Position numbers and translations under genes: made by a program
Origin: Eledone cirrhosa
Taxonomy: Eukaryota
Length of the DNA stretch: 64,000 nt
Direction: 5' to 3'
Assembly (NCBI GenBank): GCA_964016885.1
Contig: OZ024740.1
Span: 103,230,001 to 103,294,000, forward strand
Notes under the pieces: model-generated
What the model saw: only the letters and a program-made list of their open reading frames with translations
Told to the model about the DNA's origin: nothing
Database searches by the model: none
Shown: piece by piece, positions 1 through 13,429 of the stretch
Layout of the letters: every line of letters begins with the position of its first letter
How positions within the stretch are numbered: position 1 is the first letter of the stretch

Positions 1-140
1 GTTAAAGAAAGGTTATTGCCATTCATGTCTATCTGTCGTGATTGCTACAGTAAATCTAACATGAAACACTCATCCAATGTGTATTCCAACCATGTGTATG
101 TCTCAATAATATGAATGTTTATTTTATCTTATCCCATCAG

Positions 141-219
141 GTTATCTGATTCAACTGGAAGTATGAAGTTTAATTTCGTGAAGAAAGGTGATGTTAAAAA
201 ACAGGATTTGAATTCCAAT
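141..219 (+). CDS. Gelsolin/severin-like protein, internal coding exon
   Basis: cccatcag|G acceptor and AAT|gtaaga donor; encodes (R)LSDSTGSMKFNFVKKGDVKKQDLNSN, like the start of a gelsolin repeat; in phase with the 3280 exon. Confidence 0.85.
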
Positions 220-1892
220 GTAAGAGTACATTATGTTTTCTTTTGTTCACAATGTCTTGCTGTCTGTGTTTTATTGTACTTTTGCTCTGTCATCTATATG
301 TTTGTCTGTCTATGAGAAACCCAACAAAGACAGTACTATCCTTAAAATGAACTCCAGGCAAAATTAAGGTCACTACCAATATGATATTTTCCCCCTATAC
401 ACTAAACAGTAATGCTATAACCTTTGGGCTTAATGCTGTAGAGAACTTAATATCGTCCCTTTATATATCAAGTTCAAATACTTCCAGTATTATTTGTGCC
501 AACCATTACACAAATTACCAATAACACACTGGCATTGATTCATTTGACCTTATTGTATTACTGGTCAAAATCAATTGATATAAGACTATCTCTTAAGATA
601 AGTGCCATGAAAACCAAAACTATGATGCTTTAATTTGTGGTTGAAGATATTTTATTTCACTATTGCAATCAGTGTCTACTTCCATTTCCACACCTTTGTA
701 TCTACTACAAAGAAGAAACCATGTCAAGCATAACCAAAATAATTGAGCATCAGACTAAATGCATAACAGTATTTAGTCTGTTTCCTCAGTTCTGAATTCA
801 AAACCTACCAGTTTCAACTTCCTTTACATTTGAAATGTAAGTATCAGTTCCAGTAACTTTCTTGGGGACAAATCAGTTGTCTTATATATTTGTTCTCTTG
901 CCCTTGTAATTAGTCTAAAAATGACATATACAATGCTTCAAAAGACTAGACTGTATTTAGTCTCTCCTCTTCAGGTTCTAAGTTCAAGTTATGCTGGAGT
1001 CAACTTTACATTTTCATACCTTTGAGTCCACCCTGTAAGATGGTCATGCTGGTGACATGACAAAAACTACCCAGTCCACCCTGTTAAATGGTCATTTTGG
1101 TGCCATGATAAAAAGGACATTAAATGATGATGATAATGAGTGTGATGAAATAAAAACCAAGTATGTATTGGGGTTGTTTAGCCCCCAGGTTAGCCCTGAT
1201 CCAGCAGATCTATAATCAAAAATGTTCCAGAAATAACAATTTTGTCTTCTTGGTAGGGTTTGATTTAAGGGAGATTTAGCTATCATTTCTAGCTAGTCAA
1301 TTATGTAGAGGCTCTACTATTTTTGTTCTTATATATAATATGTAATATATACAGCATAACTTGGAGATAATATATCTAAGATAAAATACAGGGTGACAAC
1401 AAAAACACACCAGCTACGGAGTGAATGCCATCTTGAATTACACTGCCATCTAGCAAATCGAGTCAATTCTGCAAATGAGGAACGAATCTTTGTTTGTTTA
1501 TACAACTGTAGCCACTAATATTGTAAGAATATTCATTTAAGTTTTGATATTATAAGTATTTGAAATAAAGGAGTGTTTTTGTGATCACCCTATATATAAT
1601 GGATATAGTATATCTATTTCTTGCTTAGTCCCTAGATTAAGCCTGATCAAATAAATAACTTTGACCATATTTTTACATTTTATTCAAACACAGTGTATTT
1701 AGAACTACTTTATCCAATGTATTTTTTCTTTGTTAAGATAGTCAAATGTAATTTGAGAAAGAGTTGGCTGTTATTTTGCAATGTAACCAGCTATATAGAG
1801 GCTTCTTTCTTGGTTCATAATATACTGGGTTGAAACATGTAGTTATACCTTCCTTCCTCTTCAGATTTGTGCGGCTTTCTGCCAGAATGAGA

Positions 1893-3237
1893 TTCATCAT
1901 CATCGTTTAATGTCTATTTTCCATGCTAGCATGGGTTAGACGGGTCATCCCGTTTGAGACAAGTTGGGTCAGGTGACCATGTATTGCTCATACAGAACTG
2001 TTTCTGGCTTGGTTTCTATGGATGGATGCCCTTCCTAATGCCAACCACATTTACAGTGTGTGCTGGGTGCTTTTTGTTGTGACACCTACATGACTACTTT
2101 ACAGTGAGGCTGGGTGCTTTTTCTTGTGATACCAACACAACACCTTTACAGTGTAAAAGTGATGTGATCAGATCTGCGTGTGGTGTTGGGGTATGGGAGG
2201 TGTATGGAAGGGGGAGGGAGGATAGTGGTTAAGAGGTGCATACTAGATGTATGTTTCAGTCTGTGTGCATGGGAAAGCAGGTTTTCTATATTACTGTATA
2301 ATGCCAAAGATCTCAATCCTGTGTCATTGTCTTTGAGAGGTGCAATTGTGCAAGGTCAGCTTTTATCACCTCCTCCCAGGTCATCCTGGGGCTTCCTACT
2401 CCATAGACCATAGCTTCCATCAACTTTGATTGCCTTGCACCTTTTTAGACAGCTGTCATCTTTCATACGCATCTCCTCTTTTGCACACCGCATCTGATTC
2501 CTCTTATACCCAGTTCTCTCTCAGTACATTTATGCTTTGCTATTCATGCACATCCATCAGATCATGCAAGATTCATTTCTTTCCAATCTTCACGGGTTCT
2601 CTGCACACAGTGCCCAGGTTTAACTACCATGTTGTAGCTAGCAGCGATAGTAGTTCTCAGAACTTTCTCCATCCTATTCTTACTCTGGTTACAGTACTTT
2701 CTGAACACCCTCCTTCACTGCTGATTTAATCACCTAGGTAACAGAAGCTGTCAACTATTTCTACATGACTGCATATAAAAACCTATATTCTTTGATAGTC
2801 TGCCTATGATCCCACTACATCTGTTATGTACCCATAGTTTGCATTTGGGACAGTGGATGGAATTTCTACCTACTCCTTGCCTGCACACTGAACACAGCCA
2901 TTTCTCTGGGTGAATTTGGGCCCTGTTTTCCTTACATACTAGGACTTTAGTCTTTGTCAAGTTAACTTTAAGACCTTTTGATTCTAGGCCATGCTTCCAG
3001 GTTTAGAATTTTTTCTCTAATTCTGTCATAGATTCAGCTATGAGGGTTAGATCATCTGCATACAGGAGTTCCTATGGGCAGCCAGTCTTAAACTCTTCTG
3101 TTATAGCCTGTAGGGAAACAATAAACAAGAGAGGGCTAAGCCAGAGCCTTGATGGACATACACCTGCACACTAAATTCTAGTCATTGTTAATTCTAACCT
3201 TACTGACTAATCCTCTATACATGGCTTGTACAGCTTT
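1893..3237 (-). mobile_element. Degenerate RTE LINE fragment (RT C-half, zinc finger, 3' UTR) in the gelsolin-like intron
   Basis: Remnants of ELLYADDL and TKTKVLVC...WLCSVC...HNRC; family 3' UTR and (GAT)n tail near 1893; internal deletions. Confidence 0.85.
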
Positions 3238-3279
3238 ATTATCAATATTAAAATAAATGGTTTTATATTTTCCCTTCAG

Positions 3280-3345
3280 GATGTTTTTGTCATTGATACA
3301 AAGAAAGAAGTTCTTGTATGGATTGGTCTTGCTTCTTCAGCTTCG
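3280..3345 (+). CDS. Gelsolin/severin-like protein, penultimate coding exon
   Basis: cccttcag|GAT acceptor and TCG|gtgagt donor; DVFVIDTKKEVLVWIGLASSAS matches the gelsolin D-x-F-x-x-D...WIG motif. Confidence 0.88.
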
Positions 3346-3662
3346 GTGAGTATTGACAGTTATTTTGTGAGTATTGACAGTTATTTTGTTCCATTTACAC
3401 AACTGATACCACTAAGAAAGGCATGAATGCCACCCATCTTTATTCTGCACTTCTACTAAAATATAGAGCCTTTTTGTCTTTTCAAAAAGAAACAATTATG
3501 GTGGAAGGAATGACTGAGACAGATGAAAAGTACTATGTGATATTGTGTTGCAAACCTTGTTGGACTTGACTTTGCCTTTCATCCTACCAGGGTTTGATAA
3601 AATAGGTACTAGACAGAAAATCATTAACATTTTGGTTAATATTCTTTTTATTTATTTTTTAG

Positions 3663-3758
3663 AACTACCTGATGAAAAAGATCAACAGCTTTCTACCAGT
3701 CACCTGTCTTTCTGAGGGTAAACATGATGTACGTCTGATGTCAGCTCTTGCTGCATAA
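3663..3758 (+). CDS. Gelsolin/severin-like protein, terminal coding exon
   Basis: T-rich tract and ag acceptor; NYLMKKINSFLPVTCLSEGKHDVRLMSALAA*, like the C-terminus of invertebrate gelsolin-like proteins. Confidence 0.85.
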   Translation, partial: NYLMKKINSFLPVTCLSEGKHDVRLMSALAA

Positions 3759-5841
3759 ATCAACATGGAAAATTTGATGTCCAATTAATATAGAGACTTC
3801 TTTTTATGTTCCTCTCAATATTTTACATATTCTACTCTTGCTGAAACACACAATATAGTATCCCATAATCTTCAGAATGGTCAAATTATATAAACAACCA
3901 TATAATCAATGATCGGTTGAATGTTTCTTGCTTCTGTTAACTGTTCAATTGTGATATAGGGTGTATTTCCAGTTAAACTTACTTGGACAAGTTGCATCTA
4001 CAGAAGCAAGATAAAGGCTTAAGGAATGTTTGGAGCAATTGCATTTATAACTGGATGTCCTTCCTAATACTAATCATTCAATCATGTAGTGGTAGTGAGG
4101 ATAAATTAGGTTCATCAAGTTATCTTTCTTTCTCATATGACATGAAGTATTATTCTATGGACCTTTTTGTTCTCAATTCAAGTCATTATGTTTTCATCTT
4201 CCTAGTGTTGATAAAATAAGTACAATATACTAGATTAATTTAATTGGCTATACCATCCTCAAAATATAAATTGTGGCCTATTGTTGGATACTATTATTAT
4301 TAATTTGTATATTGTTGTAAGCTCCCCACAAACTGTGAATGTGTTTGTGTAACCTGGTTGATGTCAATAATACCCTTGGAAAAGCATAAACACTGGTTTT
4401 TCTCCAACAATTCTGTCACATTGAATGTTTTCCACTTATGCTACACCTGGGAAAGGTATATATGCCACAATATCCATTTCTTTCTTCCCCTAAAATAAAA
4501 GGTGTGTCAGCAAAAGACAAACCAATGTATATGAATTCTCTGTGGTAAACATAACAGCAAGTTGTAAGCTCCCAACAAGTCAACACCATGACATGGTTTC
4601 AATACCTAGAAAAAACCATATTACTTAACTTATATTACTATTATCCTAGAGAAAAGTTTCCCACTTCTTTCCTTGGCCTAAAACCATAAGGCCTTTTTGC
4701 CTAGTTGGAGAAAATATTAAAATTTTCCAGATTGTTTTTAAGTTTTGATTTCCAGTTGAAACACCCAGAAAACTTGTGATTGCTTTTTCTAACCAACACA
4801 TTATTTCTCCACTCTCATCTCCATCTATCTTATTCCAATTATTACTTTATAAATCCTTCACAAAAGTTTGAATAAAAGTTTCTCTTGTTCTTTGTTGTTT
4901 CCAGTTTCTTTTGATATGTATTTTACCTCAGTATTTGAGAGCTATATTGATAAGATGTTATGTTATTAACAGAAAAAGGTTGGTGGTTCATGTCTTGTCA
5001 CCAATAGTGCACTGTGCCTCTGGCTAAAATACTGAACTAGTTCACTTAGATATAAATAGATACCGCAAGAAAATTCAACCAACTGCTGTAAGATGCAGTA
5101 ATGTAATGTCTCCTACACTACAAGTGACTTTTGTAAGGGCTCATGCTTGGCTTTGGTTATATAGTAGACAAGAAATAAATCTTGCTCTGGATAGGTTGCC
5201 ATTCACTATGTGATCTGGTACCTATTTGTTACAACTTGGTAACTGAGGTAATGCAGAATATAATGTTCTGTCCAGAAATGCAATTAAATATCACCAGTGC
5301 ATTTGAACTTCTAAACTAGGTTGATACATACAGCTAAATAACCTGTATGTAAGCTATATGATTACTTTAAAATTAACACCAGTAGGAATTTTAGCTTCAC
5401 AGGCATAGCAGAAAACAAATCTAAGACTGAAAGAGAAAACTACTACAATTAAATGTTCTGTTCATGTTACAACAAAGCTTCCAGGTTGATAAATTTGATT
5501 ATGTACTCCTAGATACACTACAGTGTAGTGTATCTATGATTACATAATCCAATTTAGAGTAATGACTACACTAAATAATAATTTTAAAAAACCCAGGTTT
5601 GAACGCCTGCGATCAATTGGTCTAATAATTTAATGTTGGCCTGGGGCTGAACAGCCATGATGAGACTGGATAATTTAGAACAACAGTATTTCATATATCA
5701 CACAAAGTTATGGAATGTTTAGTAAAATTGATGACAGTTAATCCTGTTACTCAGAGTTACTCTTAGCATATTTCTATGATTTTCAAATAATTTTTTAAAT
5801 AATCAAGAATTTAGAAGGATAGTGTTTGGAGTATAGCTTAA

Positions 5842-6049
5842 CCCTTTAGCATTTAAACTGGCTGTATCTGGCCAGAATTCTCTTACCCCTTTCTGTCCAA
5901 ACCAGTTGTAACCGACCGCTCATACCGATGTTAAGGTATTGTTCTCAAAATAAATAATATCAAGATCTCATAGATTCGATATTATGTGAGATAAAGGCTT
6001 TTCTGTAAAAATACAATAGTAAATATAGAGTAATGTGAATGCTAAAGGG
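5842..6049. mobile_element. piggyBac-type MITE
   Basis: 12-bp TIRs CCCTTTAGCATT/AATGCTAAAGGG flanked by TTAA on both sides (5838-5841, 6050-6053). Confidence 0.8.
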
Positions 6050-6151
6050 TTAAGGTATCTCACATGAAATTATAATGAAATTATGTTAGATAAATATAAA
6101 CACTGTATCATAGAACCAGGGATGAAATGTTTGGTATCAAAAATCCTTTCA

Positions 6152-6248
6152 TTATTGCTCTGTTGTATTTTTACTGGCATCAGGCTTTTCTTCATTAATT
6201 AAATCACAGACAGTTTTATGTTTCGGCCAGTGTGACACTTGACACTCT
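6152..6248 (-). CDS. ZMYND10: ZMYND10 terminal coding exon (second half of MYND finger)
   Basis: ctttctag|A acceptor; ECQVSHWPKHKTVCDLINEEKPDASKNTTEQ*; phase matches the preceding exon. Confidence 0.93.
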
Positions 6249-6512
6249 CTAGAAAGAGAAACAAAAACGCATCATGGGTATGGTTGTTGTTGTTATGTGT
6301 GTATACATTTATGTAAAAATGCCTTTGAATGTATGTACATCTGAAAGTATATTTCAGGAGACTACATTATTTTCACTTTGAGATATTTGATAACCACCCC
6401 CACACATACAGACACGCTCATATACTGTAGCAACTCAATAACCAAAGGTGTGGAGAGAAGTCAATCTTGTGTGAAGAATTATAATGTATTTATTTATAGT
6501 TCAAGGAAGCGA

Positions 6513-6660
6513 AATGGCAGAATTGTTAGAATGTCAGATAGAATGTTTTGCAGTATTCATTTCAGCTTTCTGCTCTCTGAGTTCAAATCCTGCTGAGGTC
6601 AACTTTGTTTCATCCATTTGAGGTCAATAAAAAAAGGTACCAGTCAAGTACTGTGGTTGA
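6513..6660 (+). mobile_element. Old tRNA-derived SINE copy
   Basis: tggcagaattgtt A-box-like, gagttcaaatcc B box and central domain resembling the young SINE family. Confidence 0.6.
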
Positions 6661-7039
6661 TTCTTCCTCTATATCTTTTTCTCACTTCCGTTCTCTCTCT
6701 CTTTCCTTCCATGGGAGAAATGGGCTCTGCCACATTTAAAAAATGCCCTAGAAATGCCATATAGCGCTCCTACGACTTCCTTGAGAGTTATGAGACTATA
6801 CATGCATGTTCTGGGTTTACAAATCAGTGCTACATATGTTGTTGAACAAGCACAACCCTTTCATTAGGCTTTGTATTGGTAAACAAACATGATGCCATAC
6901 AAGTAGGGGCGAGAAATCTTTACCTAAATCTCACCTATTAATGCATTTTCTTAGCTCTTTTACAGCAGCCAGTTTGTTTACAAATTTAAAGTCTTATTCA
7001 TTGTTCATTTTTTAGATAAACAAAATGAGGTGATTAGAT

Positions 7040-7265
7040 ATCTTCTCCATGTTCAGTTCGGCTGCCTGGTCCATTTCGAGCTACAATGCCAGTGCATTGC
7101 CCTCAAGATACAGTGCCATGAGACCTGCCGCATTTTCTATCCCTTGTAGTGTAACAACCAATTTTATCTTCCTAATGCAGGTAAGAACATCTCCCTTGCT
7201 GCCGATGACTTTGATTGCGTCACTACCGGTTCTTATTTTTGTCGCCATATCTTCTGTGAGTTGGA
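7040..7265 (-). mobile_element. Degenerate LTR-retrotransposon gag-like fragment
   Basis: GDVLTCIRKIKLVVTLQGIENAAGLMALYLEGNALAL*LEM resembles invertebrate Gypsy-type gag N-termini; in-frame stop; not part of ZMYND10. Confidence 0.55.
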
Positions 7266-7811
7266 GAAAGTAAATAATAATAATAAAATGCTGCCGAAAT
7301 AGCTTGTTGTAAGAAGTGCAGAGACCTACCTTTGCGTCTCCACTAATGTCCAGACTGAATCTCCCTGTGTGATGTTCACTTGTTTTACATCTGGCTAGAG
7401 AGCATAACAAAACTCACACACTCATTCGCACCAGTCATTACAAGATGTCCATGCTCTGCCACACCACATGGACCAAGAGAGAGAGACCCAGCCTGCACAC
7501 CAATGTGACATCACTGGCCCCTCACTTCTGACAAGACCTCCCCTGTACTTCTGGCAAGACCTCCCCTACACTTCTGGCTCCCTAGCCCCACAAATATATA
7601 ACCACATCCTTCCTTGGTCTACTGAAATATACCTTTCATCAACAATTCATGACATTTTTTCTTATAGCATGCAGTATAAGCTCTCATTTGTAGTATATGT
7701 TAGAAACTACACAGACACAATAACACACACACACGTTAGAACTACACACATATTTCAATGTTATACATGTAAAAATCTACACATGCACACTTTAAGAAGG
7801 CCTTTACTTTA

Positions 7812-8066
<255 letters not shown>

Positions 8067-8555
8067 TTATCCTGATAATTTGGGGATGTATATACTATTG
8101 TAATATATCTTGTACAAACACCATGGCTGTGTGGTTTAGATGTTCACTGCTACTGAAAATTGACAGCATATATAGGGAGGGGGGGGGGGCTCAAGATGAT
8201 AACAGTTGTGGAGGTAAATACCTGGAGTAAAGTGATTGTTATGGGGATACACAAGTAGGGGTAAGAAACAAAGGAAAGACTAGTGAGTTAGGGTCAATGC
8301 AACTTACTGGTTCAGAAGAGCAGAAATTGTTATAGTAAGGTCAAAAGAAACAGAGGAAAATGACCCAAAATGTGTGTGTGTGTCTATAAAAGAAGGTATA
8401 AAGCTGTCTCAAGTGAGTTGGGGAGTAAAGATTTGCTAATCACTCAGATGGCTTTATTTTCTTTTTTTTTTAGGAAAAACATGAATAAACATACAAAAAT
8501 AATAACACCCCACCCCACCCACACATATACACACACCACCATTTTTCTTAAATAC

Positions 8556-8677
8556 CTTTTAGCTTGTCCCCTAATAAATTCCTCAGAAGGGTTAAAATAG
8601 GTCTGGGATTGTTTTCTTGCAATCTTTTTCCATTTGCCTTGACATTTCTTCAGAATGGTTTCCCTTATTTGTGGAAT
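8556..8677 (-). CDS. ZMYND10: ZMYND10 exon
   Basis: ag/gt boundaries; IPQIRETILKKCQGKWKKIARKQSQTYFNPSEEFIRGQAK; 122 nt, phase-consistent. Confidence 0.93.
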
Positions 8678-9900
8678 CTGTAAATAATAAAATATCAATC
8701 AACTGATGTTACCAAGTTGAGAACACATAAACAAACATACCACAACAAGCTTATAAGAAAAACTTCCATGTGTTCGCTTGAAATGCTATAAATAGCAGTC
8801 AAAGATCCCTCAAATCACATTCTAACTTTTTAAAAAAAGTGAAGAGCATATTAAATACTGTAGTTCTAAATATATTAAGTCTCAATAAAAGTTGGGATGG
8901 CCATAACAAGAATATTAACAGCTACAATACCTACATGGTGGACTATCCACCCTGTAATATGGAAGTACTTGAGTGATAATAAATTGCTCCCATTACACAC
9001 TGAAAAGTAGTTGGCATTAGCAAGTGCATCCAAAATGGAGTGTACATGCAAGATGTAGTAATATGACCAGTCTATCTTCAGTATGCGACAACCTGTCTAA
9101 CCCATGCAAGCATAGAAAATAAATGTTAAAGGATTATTATTATGATGATGACGATAATGAATATTACTACTAACATGATGTCACAGCTTACATTATCACA
9201 ACCACCAGCCTCAACATAGCCATTACCACTAACACCACAACAGAATCAAACCCTAGTGTCTTCAAAAAGAAAGTACACATTGGACAATGTAATCCTAGCT
9301 ACACTATGTCTAAATTATAGATAGATTGGTCATGGCTGGAACACATTTTGATCCTTGGTCTATATAATCATGGATGATCTGGGGTTAACAAAAAACTGAA
9401 GAGAAATATGGGGCCCTATGGTGCATCTAACATTCATGGGTACACTAAATATATAAAAAAAACTTCTACCAAACAACAACAGCAGGACTAGAAAAATATT
9501 TAGAAGTAAACAAAGGGAATCCATGACCAATAACTTACAGGACTCAGGAGAAAGGAAGTAAGCCAGATTGAAAGCAAATATTGGCTGAACAACTCTGCGC
9601 TAAAAGCATAGATAATTGCAAAAATACACTGTTGCTACAAAAACAGACTGGCAGATGTAAAGCTACTGCTGAGTTCTGGCAACGAACAAGTAGGCATGGT
9701 CCTTGTCCCTATTATATTAGATACACATCAAAATAAAATATGTCATTATGAGTTCAAATCATACACACATTACTAATTTAGTTTTATCTTTTTAATATCA
9801 GTGATTAACTACATATATGAGTTGTTTATTTTTTCAGTATAACAAACTTTTAGTGTCACAGTACTTATACTGATTGGGAGGTATTTTGTGTTATAGTATA

Positions 9901-11284
9901 CTAGCAGAAAAACCGCCCTTCAGGCAGTTTTCTGCTAGCATATGTAGTGTGCATATTGGAACACCTCAGCCTCGCCATCACCCCAGGTAACGCTGCAAGC
10001 ATGCTGGCTTGCCTCAAAAATTATTAGAGAGGTTTCCCAGTGCTCCTCGCTATATTGTTATCTTTTGCTCTGGTAGTGGCTCGTTTTCCCACTCTTTTGC
10101 CTGCATATTGTTCTGTGGTCTAAGATGTGTGTATTACCTGCTTGTGTATTTTTTCTCTTTCTTTTTTTCCTTTCCCTTTCCTTTGTATATATTATATTTG
10201 TTAGTGTTTTCGTTCTGTAACCATCTAAACTATAATAAAGTAAGAAGCACAGGACTGCGTACAGTTTATAATTTTTTATCCCCTTAGTAAAATAAGTTCG
10301 ATTACTTTGAATAAATAATGAATGAATATTAGATAATTTATCTACTGAATTCCGTGGCTGTTCATTAAATATATTTTATTAATTATTTAAAGATTCACTT
10401 TAAAATGTTCAAATGTCAACACTTCCGGTTAGCGATCGTTTAAATAAATATTCATATATTTCTGTCACTAATTTTCTCCTAATGCAGTTTATATATAATA
10501 TTGTCTTTTTTTAATGTATCATGGATTGCGTTACTGATTACATAAGACAGTGTAACACATTCTTTGTTCAATTTCTGTGTATATAGTCAATTATGATGTT
10601 ATTTTATCATATTACTTGCGTATAATATCACTATACACACTATACATGCTAGCAGAAAACCACCCGAAGGATGGTTTTTCTGCTAGTTATATTAAATGAG
10701 ATTTTTTTAAAAAGAGTTAATAAATAAATAAATAAAGAGTTAATAAATAAATAAAACGTTATACTTGTTTTACCCTCCCATTTCCAATTAAACCGAACGC
10801 TATCATGACTGTATGTGTGTGTTTGTGTAAATGTATATGTGTGAATGTATGTATGTTTGTGTGAAAGTATGTGTGAATGTATGAGTATCTGTGTGAATTA
10901 TGTCCGTGAGTGTGTATTTTTATAAGTTTGTGTTTGCGCAATTATAGTTATATACTCATACATATAGATGTATGTGCACACTCATACGCGTCAGTGTATA
11001 GAAAATCATAATTTCTTTCATCACACACTCTCTCTTTCTATATATATATAGTAGTTAAAGTGGTGGTGGTGGTGTTGGCAACGATATACCGGAAGTCCAA
11101 CTTCGAAAAGAAGTCAATTTTAAATTATTCATTTTTACGAAATTATTTGTTTACGAAATTTAGCACATAAATTATGTAATATTCATTCATTATTTATTCA
11201 AAGTAATCCAACTTATTTTAATAACTGGATAAAAAGAAATAAACCGTATGCAGTCCCGCAGCCCTTGCTCTATTATAGTTTAGA
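9901..11284 (-). mobile_element. Non-autonomous Helitron (outer copy)
   Basis: On - strand, A|TCTAAACTATAATA 5' end at 11284 and hairpin plus CTAG|T 3' end at 9901. Confidence 0.7.
10224..10686 (+). mobile_element. Non-autonomous Helitron (inner copy)
   Basis: A|TCTAAACTATAATA...CTAGCAGAAAACC-loop-GGTTTTTCTGCTAG|T; TC/CTAG termini at an AT site with no TSD. Confidence 0.8.
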
Positions 11285-11364
11285 TTACCAGTCAGCTAAG
11301 TCCTGGGTTATAACACACACATACACACATATATAATCAAAATTATTTCCACTTTTATATATAT

Positions 11365-13429
11365 AAAGAGGTATATCTTAAGAAATAATAGATTCACAGA
11401 CACTGAACTAACTGCAATCAAGCATGCTGTGGAGAATGACATAAATATAAATGATGAAAGAACTGAAGAATCTCCTGGAGATAGTAACCAGTCACAAGTC
11501 TTTACTGAAAGACCTCTATCTGACCAAATCACAAATAGGTTTGTAGAAATGAGAAGCCCTATTGAGCCCGCTGAAAATAGCCAGGAGAGGGACTTAGAAA
11601 CAGTAATTAAAAACCAAACATCTCCTGAAGAACACAGGGAGACTATGAAGGAATTAAAGCAAAAAATAATGAATGAGCTTGCAGTAGTAAGACATTCTAG
11701 TATAAATGATAGAGAACCACTTCAAAAACTCCCAAATACAATCCAAAATAGAAAACAAATAATGAATGGTAATTCTGTGACAAAAGAAATCATAGAAGAA
11801 CTAGAACCTGATCTTAGTGAGTTAAATGAGTAATTGAAACAAACTAGAGTAATTGAAACAAGTTGTTTACCACCAAAAAAACAAAAAAAGTCGAACCTTC
11901 GAGGTAAACCAATTTGGAGGAGTAGAATCGAAAAGGAGTTTGACGTAATGAGAGGAGAAATATCTTTATTGAGTGAGTTAACCGCTGGAAATGATATAAG
12001 ATCCAAGAAGGTAAGAAAGCTAAGGAGAAAATATGGCCTGTCTTCTAGAGAAGCAATAGTTTCAACAAAAGAATCTCTGAAACAAAAAGTCCAAGTAAAA
12101 GCCCAGTGAATTCATAGATTCGAGAAGCGAAACAACTTCTACAGGCAAAATAAGTTGTTCTCATCCAATGCCAAGTCATTTTATAGAGAAGTAGGGAAGG
12201 AAAAAATAATTATTGATGACCCCCCCCATTGATCGATTATAAAAAAGCCTTTGACAGCATACCACTCATGGATTCTGAAATCACTGGACATCTTCAAAAT
12301 CTCACCTGAGATCTCAAACTTCCTGAAGCACAATATGTCATTATGGAACACAAATCTCCAATTGTCTCATTCCACTAGGATACTGTGCTCTAGGAATATA
12401 AACATCAACTGTGGTATATTCCAGGGTGACTCACTTTCACCCTTGCTTTTCTGCATAGCTTTAATACCCCTTACATCCGAGCTTAATAGAACAGGGTACA
12501 GTTATAGAATTGACAACAAAAAAATAAGCCACCTATTTTATATGGATGATTTGAAGCTATATTGCAAAGATAATGACGAACTGGAAGGCCTTTTGCGGAC
12601 AATAAAAACGTTTAGCGATGACATCAGGATGGAGTTTGGACTTGACAAGTGTGCAAAAGCCACTTTCAAGAAGGGGAAGCTTGTCAACTCAGACTCAGTT
12701 GAATTGGATGCTGAAACAATCATAAAGGAACTTGAGCAGGAACAAACCTATAAATACTTAGAGATTAATGAGGGCTCTGGCATACAACATGCAAGTATGA
12801 AAGAGAGGGTACGGAAAGAATGTTACAGGAGAGTATGTGCAGTTCTGAGATCAGAACTAAACACTCGTAACAAGGTGCTAGCTATAAATTCCTTGGCAGT
12901 CCCAGTTGTCACTTATAGCTTCGGTGTGTTGAACTGGAATATGAGTGAAATCAAAAGAATCAACACCAGAGTCCGTAAGCTACTGATCTGTAATAGGATG
13001 CACCACCCAAAAGCAGATGTGGATCGTCTTTACCTTCCTAGAACTCAGGGAGGCCGTGTCCTGATCCAATTTGAACTTGCTTACAAGACCACATCATTGG
13101 ACTGGCCAAATACCCTGAAACAACTAACGACTGTATGCTGAAACTTGTTGAAAAGCATGAGCGAAGTAAGAAGCTTCATTCTATCTTGAAGGAGAGCAAA
13201 ACATATGCTACTGATCTCATGCTTGATACCCAGGCTGGACAGACTAAAGAAACTGATGCAATTGATGCTGCTAGGCACATAAAATCACTGGCAAAAGCAA
13301 AAGGGCAAGGACAATTAGCATCAAATTGGGAGCAGAAACCTCTGCATGGCAAATATGTGGTCCATAGCAAACAAGCTGATGTTGACCAAAAGCAAACCCA
13401 TCAGTGGCTACGTAGTTCAGCGCTAAAGG
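11365..13429 (+). mobile_element. R4/Dong-like non-LTR retrotransposon, 5' part (degenerate)
   Basis: IDYKKAFDS, GIFQGDSLSPLLF, HLFYMDDLKLY, YLPRTQGGR; internal deletion near 12230; breaks at WLRSSALK. Confidence 0.9.

Noticed and set aside
1-12. Possible end of an upstream gelsolin exon (GAAAG|gttatt)
   Set aside because: Too little sequence at the window edge to support
7081-7410. Extra ZMYND10 exon
   Set aside because: The MYND finger is complete without it; the sequence is gag-like with an in-frame stop
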